Below are positions 46,505 to 55,867 of a stretch of DNA of 64,000 nucleotides, piece after piece; positions within the stretch are counted from its first letter, which is position 1, and each line of letters begins with the position of its first letter. Source of the DNA: a virus (Duplodnaviria; Heunggongvirae; Uroviricota; Caudoviricetes); IMG/VR virus record IMGVR_UViG_3300037313_001751, positions 1 through 64,000 of that record; one strand, 5' to 3'. The notes beneath the pieces are model-generated. The model had not been told where the DNA came from. It did no database searches and saw nothing but the letters and a program-made list of their open reading frames with translations. A program made the position numbers and the translations under genes.

Positions 46505-46630
46505 CCTGTAATTCCTGTTGCTGCTCTAGCGAGCATAAAACATGTTAACTCAGCACACACGATGTTTTTACACTTGCCGACAATTATTTGTGTGTTGAGA
46601 ATTTGAATGCCTGAATACGATCAAAAAATG

Positions 46631-46668
46631 CCAATAAAAAACTGCCTTTAAATTCCTTTAAAGGCAGT
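46631..46668 (-). terminator. rho-independent terminator downstream of the receiver gene
   Basis: Minus strand: CTGCCTTTAAAGGAATTTAAAGGCAG hairpin followed by TTTTTTATT. Confidence 0.55.
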
Positions 46669-46689
46669 CAAATAGCGCTTGTGGAAAGC

Positions 46690-47076
46690 CTATCCTTTTC
46701 TGCTTTCGATTACCTCCCGGATTTTGGTATTAAGTTTTTTCGGCATATAGGGTTTGGTTATTATGTCTACCGCCACATAGTCGCTTTCGAGTTTTAGGAT
46801 CTCCTCGGAATATCCCGTCGTCAATAGGATTGGCACTGACGGCCGCACTTTGGCCAGGTGTTTCGCAACCTCAAAGCCTGATACGTTGTCGGGCATCTTT
46901 ACATCGGAGAAAACAATGTCCAGCCTCTGATCCAGATTATCAATGATCGTTACCGCTTCGACCCCGTTATTTGCAGAGACGACCTCATAGCCAAACTCCT
47001 CTAAAAGCTCCTTTGACATTTGATGTAATGGCTCATCGTCCTCAACAAGAAGCACAATATATGGTGGTTGGTCCAC
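46690..47076 (-). CDS. single-domain response regulator (CheY-like receiver)
   Basis: 128 aa; acidic pocket LLVEDDE; phospho-acceptor region DIVFSDVKMP; T at LLTTGYS; no output domain. Confidence 0.85.
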   Translation of the reverse strand: MDQPPYIVLLVEDDEPLHQMSKELLEEFGYEVVSANNGVEAVTIIDNLDQRLDIVFSDVKMPDNVSGFEVAKHLAKVRPSVPILLTTGYSEEILKLESDYVAVDIITKPYMPKKLNTKIREVIESRKG

Positions 47077-47158
47077 TGGCTATCTCCTAGTCTACCACAC
47101 ATAAAAGTTACAGCATTGAGTCATTTTTTCAAGAGCCTAATTACCTGCGGTGGTTTGT

Positions 47159-47470
47159 TTATGCTGAGACCAGCTCTGTGCAGGTTGAAATTTCTGGCCT
47201 GCCCTTTATAAGGAAGCCTCCATGTTCATAAACCCAGTTAAGTGCCCGCTCGTTGGCTATGTCCACTGACTCAGGCACATCGAATGCATTAACAACGGTA
47301 ACGTATGACTTTGGCCAGTCATAAACGTGGTAATACCTGAAACCAGGCAAAGATTCCACAATCGGCAAGAAGTTCTTCACCGAGTCAACTAATTGCTGTT
47401 GGCAGCCGTGCCTCACCTTGTATCGACGGATCCCAATAAACATACCTGCTTTCCTTGTTAGTCGCACCAA
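47159..47470 (-). CDS. hypothetical protein
   Basis: 103-aa ORF. Confidence 0.45.
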   Translation of the reverse strand: MVRLTRKAGMFIGIRRYKVRHGCQQQLVDSVKNFLPIVESLPGFRYYHVYDWPKSYVTVVNAFDVPESVDIANERALNWVYEHGGFLIKGRPEISTCTELVSA

Positions 47471-47543
47471 ACAGAGTTAGATGCGGACATCCTGTTTAAC
47501 GCGTGATGCTCGGCTAAGTTGTTCACACACAAATAAACAAAAT

Positions 47544-47568
47544 GGATCCTGTGTGCCCCACAGGATCC
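47544..47568 (-). terminator. stem-loop terminator
   Basis: GGATCCTGTG-TGCCCC-ACAGGATCC, 10-bp perfect stem; T-rich tract follows on the minus strand. Confidence 0.5.
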
Positions 47569-47756
47569 ATGTTTAGTAAAGCAACCTCAAGGCTGAACGC
47601 CTTTGTCGATGCAGCGCAAATCAGTTGACGCTGGTTTGCGCTCCCACGGACCTGACCCTTTGGCTGCCAGCACTCGACACGTTTGGCTACCGTAGGCTGC
47701 GTGCGAAGACTATAGGCTTGCCACGTAGTTAAGTCAATGCTTCTTTATTATAGCGG

Positions 47757-48677
47757 TTAAACACCAGTCTGGGTGTTTGTAATGGTAGCTACGTCCCTTG
47801 TTGCTGGAGCTCGAAGGTTTGACGCAAGTGCATCTTGGCGCTCGTTGACAAATCGGTTGGTAATTGAAGCTGCATAAGTATTGCCTTGAATGCTCGCAGT
47901 CCTCGCGTCATAAATTGTATTAACGAAGTCGCTTCCAGACATTGACGAGATATTTTTGCCTTGTAACGCTGCTGCCATTCCATTAGCGGCGCCGGCTGGC
48001 CCTGCGTGGACAGCCCAGCTATAAAATGCCTGCTGCACACCCAAAGGCTGTGCATTTATATCCACCCCTGTTGTTGCAAGAAGCTTTGCAACTGCTGGAT
48101 CATAATGGGTGGCTTGGATGAAATCGTCCTGATCTTGTGCAAACTGTGGATTGTTAGCAGCCTCATTTTTCCATGCAGCAACAAAGGTTGGATCACCTGT
48201 CGCAGCGGCTTGCGCGCCGCCTGCGTTGACTAAGTTTGCGTAAGCAGCTGGATCTGTTTTCTGCAATTGATTGAGGAAATTATTCATTGTGCCAGGTCCT
48301 GTGGCTATTTGGTACGCCCCGTATGATGGGCCGCCTTTATCACCAGGATTATTGCCAAACGCACCATAGTCACCAGTGCTTTCATATTTTTTTGAAAGTC
48401 CGCCAATTGACGGATCGACTGCTCGATTTGGCGCCGCTATGTTTGCACCAAGGCCAGTCGCATGCTGGCTTCCAGCCGCAGTATAACCACCACCAGGTCC
48501 AGCATTGCCAGCGCCACCGGGACTGCCATAAGCCGGCACTGTCCCGCCTCTACTCCGATCTTGGCCTATCGGCGTGCCATCAGGCGCTTTACCTTTCGAC
48601 GTGTCAGGTGCTGGAGACAGTTCTGCGGCAGAACCAGCAGCACCACCTGAGGATCCGCCACCACAATTGCACGCCAT
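47757..48677 (-). CDS. glycine-rich virion-associated protein with putative lytic transglycosylase (SLT-like) motifs
   Basis: 306 aa; N-terminal G/S/A-rich low-complexity region; KKYESTGDYGAF...GGPSYGAYQIATG (ES catalytic and G-x-x-Q motifs) and FYSWAVHAGPAG (AYN-G-like); directly upstream of the PAAR gene. Confidence 0.45.
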   Translation of the reverse strand: MACNCGGGSSGGAAGSAAELSPAPDTSKGKAPDGTPIGQDRSRGGTVPAYGSPGGAGNAGPGGGYTAAGSQHATGLGANIAAPNRAVDPSIGGLSKKYESTGDYGAFGNNPGDKGGPSYGAYQIATGPGTMNNFLNQLQKTDPAAYANLVNAGGAQAAATGDPTFVAAWKNEAANNPQFAQDQDDFIQATHYDPAVAKLLATTGVDINAQPLGVQQAFYSWAVHAGPAGAANGMAAALQGKNISSMSGSDFVNTIYDARTASIQGNTYAASITNRFVNERQDALASNLRAPATRDVATITNTQTGV

Positions 48678-48691
48678 ATGTCGTCTCCGAT

Positions 48692-48982
48692 CTACTCAAA
48701 AAATACATCTTGGCTTCCAGTTGCAACCCGACTTCCACAGGTTATCGGGTCATTCATTCGGCCCACCTGCTTGCCGTTTGCAAATACCGTTTGTGATCCC
48801 GAAGCGAGCATGCCGTCATGGCAGCCTTTTTTATTGCAACAATGCACGGCCCACTTATCCCCTTGTCGATGCGCTCCACGATTATTAAAGAACACGTCGG
48901 GGCTGCCTTGCACCGCTTGTCGGCTCGGAAAACAATCGTGCCCGCTGCAGGTGTCATTGATCCTTGCGACGCCTGGCATCAA
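48692..48982 (-). CDS. PAAR-repeat protein (spike tip; T4 gp5.4 / T6SS PAAR-like)
   Basis: 96 aa; ARINDTCSGHDCFP...GSPDVFFNNRGAHRQGDKWAVHCC...GCHDG...SGSQTVFANGKQVGRMNDPITCGS...GSQDVFF, three PAAR-type repeats. Confidence 0.8.
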   Translation of the reverse strand: MMPGVARINDTCSGHDCFPSRQAVQGSPDVFFNNRGAHRQGDKWAVHCCNKKGCHDGMLASGSQTVFANGKQVGRMNDPITCGSRVATGSQDVFFE

Positions 48983-49860
48983 CTAACCGCCGCCAACACG
49001 CCGACAGCAGCGCCGGTTCCCACTGCGCCCATTATTGCTTTGAAGCATGGATCTTTTGGCAATATGCTGAGGAGTTGTGCAAGACCAAGTCGCGCCGCAT
49101 CGATAAGACTTTTTATCAACTTCATAATTTCGGCCTCAATCATGGCTATTAATGATTGAATCAGTCCCATCACATAAGCTATCGCATTTTGTATTTCAGC
49201 CAGGGCGTCGTTAATGACGCTCATTACTTTTGCAATCGCCGCGTTGATTTTGGCCATAATAGCGCTGCCTTTGTCAAGTAAGCTTCCAAGGAAGTCCTTC
49301 AAGCCCAAACATGGATCAAGCAGACTGCCAATTGCAGTTGCAAGCCCAAGAGCAGTTTGCACCATTCCTACTATGGACGGCAGATTTGAAATTAATCTAT
49401 CTGAATGATCTTGAAAGTCATCCATTGTCGTAGCGGCTTGATCTAGGTTGGCGGTCATTTCAGGCATTGCGCTCTGCCATAGTGCAACATCGGCCTGCTG
49501 CTGCAATGTTGGCTGGTAGCCTGGCTGTCCTGGAATTGACGACGTTGATCCAGTGCCGGTTTGGGTCAACGATGGCACTGGCGTGCCGACAATAACAATT
49601 GTTGCATAGCGCTCACTTAAACGGGTGTTAACCTCAGCTAAGCCGGTCTGGGCTTGGCTGATATCACAGGACCGAGGATTGGCCAGCACAGCAGAATAGG
49701 GATTAGCAGTTGGCAATGTCATAATTGCTTCACGATACTGTGCTACAACGTCAGCTGGGTAGTCACCACCCATCATAGTCATTAACCTAATCGTAGATGG
49801 GTCAAAATTTGGATTGTAGGTTGGATTGGCAAGGGCTTCGGTGTTAGGCGTTGTCACCAT
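48979..49860 (-). CDS. hypothetical structural-module protein
   Basis: 293 aa; 4-bp overlap with the PAAR gene; A/L/I-rich helical C-terminus. Confidence 0.5.
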   Translation of the reverse strand: MVTTPNTEALANPTYNPNFDPSTIRLMTMMGGDYPADVVAQYREAIMTLPTANPYSAVLANPRSCDISQAQTGLAEVNTRLSERYATIVIVGTPVPSLTQTGTGSTSSIPGQPGYQPTLQQQADVALWQSAMPEMTANLDQAATTMDDFQDHSDRLISNLPSIVGMVQTALGLATAIGSLLDPCLGLKDFLGSLLDKGSAIMAKINAAIAKVMSVINDALAEIQNAIAYVMGLIQSLIAMIEAEIMKLIKSLIDAARLGLAQLLSILPKDPCFKAIMGAVGTGAAVGVLAAVS

Positions 49861-50152
49861 TGTCTTCTATCCTTGGTTGGCCCTTAAGCGGCCTATGCGC
49901 TTCGTCCTCAGCCGAATTTAACCAAATGCTATATTGATAGCCAGGTCGGTCGGGCTCATCACCCTGGCCGCTCTTAATGATTATGTGTTTGTCTGAGGTA
50001 AGTCGGAGGTTTCCAGTCGTATGCAGTGCGAAATCATCTGGCAAAATGATCCGCTTATTTTCAATGTCGATTACCACACCATTAGCGAAGGTAATAATTT
50101 CAGGCTGGTTTGCCTCCTTGGTAAAAAAGCGTTTAGTTAGAAACCTATACAT
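49844..50152 (-). CDS. hypothetical protein
   Basis: 102-aa ORF, overlapping start/stop with its neighbour. Confidence 0.45.
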   Translation of the reverse strand: MYRFLTKRFFTKEANQPEIITFANGVVIDIENKRIILPDDFALHTTGNLRLTSDKHIIIKSGQGDEPDRPGYQYSIWLNSAEDEAHRPLKGQPRIEDNGDNA

Positions 50153-50476
50153 TTATGTCCTTGCTAAGACAGCGTTTTCATATTGTTGGCGGGCGTTGTC
50201 GCTTGCCTCAGCAAGAGATAAAATATGCTCTGATTTAATCGTAATCATGGCGTCCGGACCTAAGCTAAGCATCCATGGTGTAAACATGACGCGTGTCATG
50301 CCTTGTTCATTTACCCGTGGATTGCCGACACTGAGGCAAAGCGGCTGTTTCACTCTCACGACCTTCGTCTTCTTGCTATGGTCGTCCTGAACACACCGTG
50401 CGAGGAGCTCCTCTCCACTAATAAGCTTTACCGCAACAACCTTGTCTTCATAGCTGATTTCTTTTTCTACAAGCAT
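50153..50476 (-). CDS. hypothetical protein
   Basis: 107-aa ORF, adjoining its neighbours. Confidence 0.45.
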   Translation of the reverse strand: MLVEKEISYEDKVVAVKLISGEELLARCVQDDHSKKTKVVRVKQPLCLSVGNPRVNEQGMTRVMFTPWMLSLGPDAMITIKSEHILSLAEASDNARQQYENAVLART

Positions 50477-50947
50477 TTATAATTGAACCCTCTTTCCTTC
50501 TCGTATTTGGTATTTAACCATCAGAACACAATCGTTTTTGATTTTCGTATAGTCATACACTTCGCCAATGGAATAGTTTAATAGCCATTTGTCATCGACC
50601 AAAACGACCATCATTTGATCGGCAATACTATTGTTGTGCAGATAGGCAAGCTTCATGCGACTTGGATCCCATCCGGCTAGAATAAGCGTTTGCTCCATCA
50701 GATATGCTATGACAATCGAATCGAAATTTCCTTCTGAAATTAGCTGCCATGCGGTTGGCCATGATTCTGGGGCGTCCCAGTCCAATGCATAGGTTGTGAG
50801 GGGTGCATTTGCCCAAAATTTACAGATTTCGGTAAGTTGTTCCGATTCAGACAGGTCACCAAGTGTCTGGCGAAATTTCCGCCATTCGAGAATTCTCTGT
50901 GTGGAGGGCAAAAAGAACATATTCATTCGGCGCCTCGACTTTTGCAT
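50477..50947 (-). CDS. hypothetical protein
   Basis: 156-aa ORF. Confidence 0.5.
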   Translation of the reverse strand: MQKSRRRMNMFFLPSTQRILEWRKFRQTLGDLSESEQLTEICKFWANAPLTTYALDWDAPESWPTAWQLISEGNFDSIVIAYLMEQTLILAGWDPSRMKLAYLHNNSIADQMMVVLVDDKWLLNYSIGEVYDYTKIKNDCVLMVKYQIREGKRVQL

Positions 50948-50959
50948 ATTCTGCGCGTT

Positions 50960-51454
50960 TTAGTTGAAGGTTACCACAGCACTGGATATCGATAACGCCG
51001 GTAAAGGCGTTCCGGTGGTGATAGGAGGCAGCGCTCCTGATATTGTTACTGTTTGAACGCTTGCCTGCGCAACGCCAATGTTTGCTGTAAGCCGCCGCAA
51101 CGAAATTGCGGCGTCGGCAGTTTGGCTCGATAGATTCTTAAGACCAATGTGCGCCGTTACACGCCGCAAACTTGCTGAAAATGTCACTGCTGAAGACGAA
51201 ATTGACTGCCATGTACGTTTTGAGAACGTTAGAAGCAGCTCGCTGCCTGACGTGTTCTGGGCAGTTAATTGTGGATTGGCGTCCGTGCCGATGCTGACAT
51301 CGAATGTAATACTACTGGCAGGAAATTGGTCGTTAATGACGGTGTTAGGCCCAAATGCTATGTACAACGTCGAAGCAGCAAGTGGATTGCCATCGGCATC
51401 AGAGACACCATAATCGACAATAGCAAGGTTGTCGCCATTGAAAAAATGAAACAC
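50960..51454 (-). CDS. hypothetical protein (beta-rich; possibly structural)
   Basis: 164-aa ORF. Confidence 0.5.
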   Translation of the reverse strand: MFHFFNGDNLAIVDYGVSDADGNPLAASTLYIAFGPNTVINDQFPASSITFDVSIGTDANPQLTAQNTSGSELLLTFSKRTWQSISSSAVTFSASLRRVTAHIGLKNLSSQTADAAISLRRLTANIGVAQASVQTVTISGALPPITTGTPLPALSISSAVVTFN

Positions 51455-51822
51455 CGGGATTAAATCTGAGTGAGCAGGCAGAGCAATATTCGCAAACGAA
51501 GCAGGTTTGGCAACGGAATCAAGTTCAGTAAGGATTCGAATATTTTTGTCGAAACGATTACGTGGTGGCGGTGTAGTATAGGGTGCAGTTGTTACCCTCG
51601 GCCCCCCAATAAAAACTTCACCTGTATCCGACGCAAACCCGATCTCGCCTTCAGCTAGTTGGTTCGGAAGGTCGCTACGTGCGCCACGTCGCGCGAACAG
51701 CCGTGATATTTGAGTAACAGACAGATCACACCTTCTTTCGGTAAATCAACAAGCAATGGATGTTTGTTATTTATGGGAAAACAGTGCCAGTTGGTTGACT
51801 TCTGCTATGGCGACTGTAAGAT

Positions 51823-52314
51823 GTGAGCAAGGAGCGTGATATGGCTATTAGCAAACCTACGGTTAACACCAAAGTAAGGGTTACGGTGAATAACACTCAC
51901 CAACGGTCTTATTCGGTTGTATGGTGTCCGGAAACTTTCGTTGTTGAGGGAACAGTGTATTATCCAAACCCGTGGGATAATAAAGAGTCGATCCGGCTTT
52001 TATGCGCAAACCATAGCATCAAGCATCCGGTTATTCCATTGTCGTTGATTGCACGGATTGAAGAACTTGGCAAAGACGACAAGCCAATACCGATTGAAGT
52101 AGTTAAAGAAGAAGCGCCGCCTCCAAAGCCGAAAGTTAGCGAGTTGGTCTTCTCAATTGAGAGCAGCAAAAAAGGCAGCTTCTATAAAGTTGTTAAGCGC
52201 GGCAGCTACTGGACTTGCTCATGCATTGCAGGATTGCATGGCAAGGAATGCAAACACGTCAAACAAGCGCAGGCTCAAGAAGCCGACGCTGAGAAAGGAA
52301 CTGTTCAAGCCTAG
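51823..52314 (+). CDS. SWIM zinc-finger protein
   Basis: C-terminal YWTCSCIAGLHGKECKHV (CxCx(n)CxH). Confidence 0.5.
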   Translation: MSKERDMAISKPTVNTKVRVTVNNTHQRSYSVVWCPETFVVEGTVYYPNPWDNKESIRLLCANHSIKHPVIPLSLIARIEELGKDDKPIPIEVVKEEAPPPKPKVSELVFSIESSKKGSFYKVVKRGSYWTCSCIAGLHGKECKHVKQAQAQEADAEKGTVQA

Positions 52315-52954
52315 CTATCCAGCGTTCCTTGCAGCCTTCTAATTCATCAGCTTCAAAAATGAATTCCTTGTATTCAAGTGTTCGGCTAACCATGAATATT
52401 ACGCCCGTTTGGATGGCGGTCTCGAACAGTTCGTTGTGCGCCATCGCGTAAGCTGCCAACTGTAAGGAATAATCCTCAATCATCTCACGCGTTTTCATCT
52501 TATTTGTCGTTTTATAATCCATAATTGCTGGCTTGCCCTTGTAGACCCCTATTAAATCAGCAGTGCCGGCATAGAGATTCGGGTAATAGAGTGGCGCCTC
52601 CATCCCCCATATTTCGTCAACATTCACGAGGCCTCTGTTTATGATTTGATCAGACATAGCGGTCGCTAATTGACGAATTAAATTTGTGCCAGGCGGCCTT
52701 GGAAGGTTTTGAATATGTGATTCGAGATGAGTGTGCATCAGCGTGCCAAGAGATGCTGCTTCGTTCCGGATACGAGTGGCCTCTGCTAAGCCGACACGCT
52801 TTTGCCATTCTAAGAGATTTGTTTTATCAGCGGTGGCTGACAGGATTGTTGTTACACTCGATACACGATTGCCATCCGGTTGGATGTATTCTCTTCCTGC
52901 TTCACTGGTTGCGCGAGTGAGTGGTACGTAACTATAGCAATTTGTTAATTTCAT
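52259..52954 (-). CDS. PD-(D/E)xK nuclease-family protein (Cas4/RecB/phage exonuclease-like)
   Basis: 231 aa; GTADLIGVY...AIMDYKTT gives the D...(D/E)xK triad; overlaps the 3' end of the SWIM gene convergently. Confidence 0.55.
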   Translation of the reverse strand: MKLTNCYSYVPLTRATSEAGREYIQPDGNRVSSVTTILSATADKTNLLEWQKRVGLAEATRIRNEAASLGTLMHTHLESHIQNLPRPPGTNLIRQLATAMSDQIINRGLVNVDEIWGMEAPLYYPNLYAGTADLIGVYKGKPAIMDYKTTNKMKTREMIEDYSLQLAAYAMAHNELFETAIQTGVIFMVSRTLEYKEFIFEADELEGCKERWIARLEQFLSQRRLLEPALV

Positions 52955-53207
52955 TATCTAAATCTTCAATCAATAAATCGGCTACACTACTAAGGTCAAG
53001 CTTAAATTGCAATTTGTTATTTTCTTGGTTATGTTCGTTCAATATTTCGGGTTGTTTTTCCACACCCATAAGTTTCCTCAGGCGTTCGTCAAAATCCATT
53101 CGACATGTCCAGATCTTTCGTTGCTTGCCTTGTTGCCGCCTGGTCAATTTTTTGCAAGCCACGCTCATCCTGTCCCTTAGCAACTGATGAATCAGTGGTG
53201 TTGTCAA
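52932..53207 (-). CDS. small hypothetical protein (start uncertain; likely internal Met near 53099)
   Basis: 91-aa track ORF overlaps the upstream gene by 118 nt in another frame; MDFDER start at 53099 would give an 11-nt overlap. Confidence 0.3.
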   Translation of the reverse strand: MTTPLIHQLLRDRMSVACKKLTRRQQGKQRKIWTCRMDFDERLRKLMGVEKQPEILNEHNQENNKLQFKLDLSSVADLLIEDLDNEINKLL

Positions 53208-53553
53208 TTGTGATCGTCATCTGGCCATTATTTGATGGATCAGGTTCGACAGTTAAGTTTGCTACGCCGTCCATAGCTTGTGTGATGAGGTCGTCAGTAA
53301 TATCAATGCTTTCGAAGTTGGGATCAGCTTGGACCTGCTGCCTAATTTGGTCGAATGTTATAGACGTAATGCCTTGGCTCGCAAGCGGCGTGACGATGTT
53401 GAGGATAGCCTCACGCATATTGGTGATGACATCGTCTCCGCCGCCATCACCGTCTGTCTCATCATCCATTAACGCTACCAGTTGATCAAACTCAATAACT
53501 TTATCCCTCGCCTTTGCCTTATGCTTCTTTGAGCCCGGCTGTGCCTGCGGCAA
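53089..53553 (-). CDS. hypothetical acidic protein
   Basis: 154-aa ORF. Confidence 0.5.
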   Translation of the reverse strand: MPQAQPGSKKHKAKARDKVIEFDQLVALMDDETDGDGGGDDVITNMREAILNIVTPLASQGITSITFDQIRQQVQADPNFESIDITDDLITQAMDGVANLTVEPDPSNNGQMTITIDNTTDSSVAKGQDERGLQKIDQAATRQATKDLDMSNGF

Positions 53554-53597
53554 AGACCCTGAAATCAGATGCTTAGGTTTGTGCTGTTCCGCGTTCC

Positions 53598-55439
53598 TTA
53601 TCCGCGCATTGTCGTCGTTAGGATCTTTTTTTTTGAGTCGGACACTGCTTTTGTTTGGCTTTCGCCGACCGGCGCCGCAGCTGGCGCATCGCCGCCACCA
53701 GCCCCACCTGGGTCGGTAGCTGCATCATGCGATGCTGCTGCATCAAAGCCATTGCATGCGTGGTGTGGATCACTGCCTGCGTAGCCTCCTGCGAGATAGG
53801 CACGGGGCAGACCAGCATAATATGCGCCAACGCCTAAGAGGTAGCTAGGGTGGTGGCTACGATGCTTATGATGCAGCTTCTTCTCGCCGAGGCGGATTAA
53901 TTCCTCCTTAGCGATTGTCTTCTTTGCATTGGTTCCACGCGCCTTCTTTGGCTTGCCCACATTTTTGATATCTTTGTCGACATGCTCGCCCTTATTGCCG
54001 CGACGAGCTTCATAGACTTCTGGCCCTTTAACGACGTTAGGAATGTCCTCACCAACATTCTCATCGGTCTTATCGGTCGCAGCCTTTACAAGTTGTGCAA
54101 CGGTCTGGATATTACCTTGTGACGTGTCTCCGGCGATCTTTTTGAGCGCAGTCTGATCTGTTGAATCCATGCCCGCTAGAACATTCTGCACTGGCTGGTT
54201 TGCTACGCTTGGATCTGTTGCCATTTTGCCAGCTATTTTACTAATGGCTGTGTTGGTTTCATTTTCATCATCAGGTGACGTAGGGGAAGTTGGTGCTACT
54301 GGTCCATCCTCGCGCATGCTCTTCGCTAGCTGAACCGAATATGTCCCCGGATCACAACCATATAGCTGCGCAAAAGATTCTAACACAGAAGGGCCGTCAT
54401 CTTCGAGAAGATCGCTGGTGAAATTCTCCACAACCTGAGCGGCTTTACCCTTGCCGAACAGTTGAATGTTTGTTTCAATCACTGACGCGATGCCACGAGC
54501 TAATTTTTCAGACCGGGGTACCACACGATCTGCTTCGATCATCTCGCGAAGTTTGTCAGCTCCAAGTTTCTTCTCGCCAATGTAACCAGCCATCCAAATT
54601 GGGTTTTGCACCGCTTTCGATGTGACATTTTGTGTGAAACGCAGGAATTTATCGCCTGTCATTGTTTTGGCAGCTTCGCTTAACAGCCAATCGGTCAGGT
54701 CTTCCAGCTTCACTGTTTTTAGAAGCTTTTCACCAGCTTCTGCTAGGTTGATTGCTTCGTCTACGTCTTTCTCTTTGCGCGCATCGCGCTTATATTGCGA
54801 CGCTTTGCGGCGTGTTTTCACGTCGTCGTCTGCGTCATCATCGTTTCGGTAGGATTTACCCTCTTTGCGTATTGAAGATCTGCTTTCTGACTTTACCGCG
54901 CGGCCGAGCGGTTCACCGGGAGTGCCAGCAGCCGCGTCCGCGCCAGCAAATTCATCAGCAGGCGACGCTTGCTCAGCACCAGTGTCCGCTACAGCCATAT
55001 CATTGCCCACGTTCGGACCAGCTGGAGCATTCATATCATTCTGCGGCGCAATTTTGCCCTCGACTTGCAAAATCGCTGTGTTAATTGAATCTTTGGCGGC
55101 ACGCACTGTCTCAAGCGCATTCTGAATGTTGGTATTCGCAGCATGCTCAAATGTTGCAGCAGCTTCTGGTCCGAATGCGCCCTTCATAGCGTCGGCCAAG
55201 GGCATGATTTCTTCAGCACCTAATTCTGCAAGATGCTCAGCGATTTTTTGCAGCCGGTCACAAACGTCTTTTGCTGCCAGAATTAGCTTGGCTTGCTCCA
55301 AATCGTTTTCAAGCAGTTTTGACAAACTGGTAGGGTCAAGTTGCTCTCGCAACGTCTTCGCTTTTGCGAGCAAAGCCTTCTTTTCGTGAAACTCTTTCTT
55401 AAGTGCGCGAAGCTTTTCGACTTTCTCTTTGATATTCAT
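53598..55439 (-). CDS. large hypothetical protein (Ala/Lys/Glu-rich; structural or scaffold-like)
   Basis: 613-aa ORF, N-terminal coiled-coil region. Confidence 0.55.
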   Translation of the reverse strand: MNIKEKVEKLRALKKEFHEKKALLAKAKTLREQLDPTSLSKLLENDLEQAKLILAAKDVCDRLQKIAEHLAELGAEEIMPLADAMKGAFGPEAAATFEHAANTNIQNALETVRAAKDSINTAILQVEGKIAPQNDMNAPAGPNVGNDMAVADTGAEQASPADEFAGADAAAGTPGEPLGRAVKSESRSSIRKEGKSYRNDDDADDDVKTRRKASQYKRDARKEKDVDEAINLAEAGEKLLKTVKLEDLTDWLLSEAAKTMTGDKFLRFTQNVTSKAVQNPIWMAGYIGEKKLGADKLREMIEADRVVPRSEKLARGIASVIETNIQLFGKGKAAQVVENFTSDLLEDDGPSVLESFAQLYGCDPGTYSVQLAKSMREDGPVAPTSPTSPDDENETNTAISKIAGKMATDPSVANQPVQNVLAGMDSTDQTALKKIAGDTSQGNIQTVAQLVKAATDKTDENVGEDIPNVVKGPEVYEARRGNKGEHVDKDIKNVGKPKKARGTNAKKTIAKEELIRLGEKKLHHKHRSHHPSYLLGVGAYYAGLPRAYLAGGYAGSDPHHACNGFDAAASHDAATDPGGAGGGDAPAAAPVGESQTKAVSDSKKKILTTTMRG

Positions 55440-55799
55440 TTAGGCTTGCTCCCTAACGCGTGAATCGGCACCGGCTTGTTGGCGCATATTTGGTTTTCGT
55501 TGAGTGTTTCGCGCTGCGCCTTTGCGTAAAGGAGCTATTTCACCAAGGAAAATAGTCACCGCTTCTTGAATCAAACAAGCTTTGGCATACTCGCGATCAT
55601 TATTGTAAGAATTGTGGTCCGCCTCTCGTATAATGGCTTGCTTAGCGATCCCATATGTTTCGTACAGACTTACTAGTTCGGCACGGCTTTTCGCATTTGC
55701 AAAATCGATAGTCATTCCATAAAGGTTTTCTAAGAGACGCAAGATGCGCGACAATTTATACTCCGCACTTATGTCTAGTTCATCAATAATCATAGTCAA
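55440..55799 (-). CDS. hypothetical protein
   Basis: 119-aa ORF immediately downstream of the 613-aa gene (stop adjoins its start). Confidence 0.5.
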   Translation of the reverse strand: MTMIIDELDISAEYKLSRILRLLENLYGMTIDFANAKSRAELVSLYETYGIAKQAIIREADHNSYNNDREYAKACLIQEAVTIFLGEIAPLRKGAARNTQRKPNMRQQAGADSRVREQA

Positions 55800-55867
55800 C
55801 CTTCCAAAATACGGAAAGAGGGTAAATTCAGCTTTTCATATTTATATTTTTCATACAGAAAAATGCA

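Noticed and set aside
48006-49159. Plus-strand ORFs overlapping the glycine-rich, PAAR and downstream genes (for example 48287..48796, 48818..49159)
   Set aside because: GC-rich antisense frames (His/Cys/Gln-rich). The minus-strand genes carry recognisable domains (PAAR).
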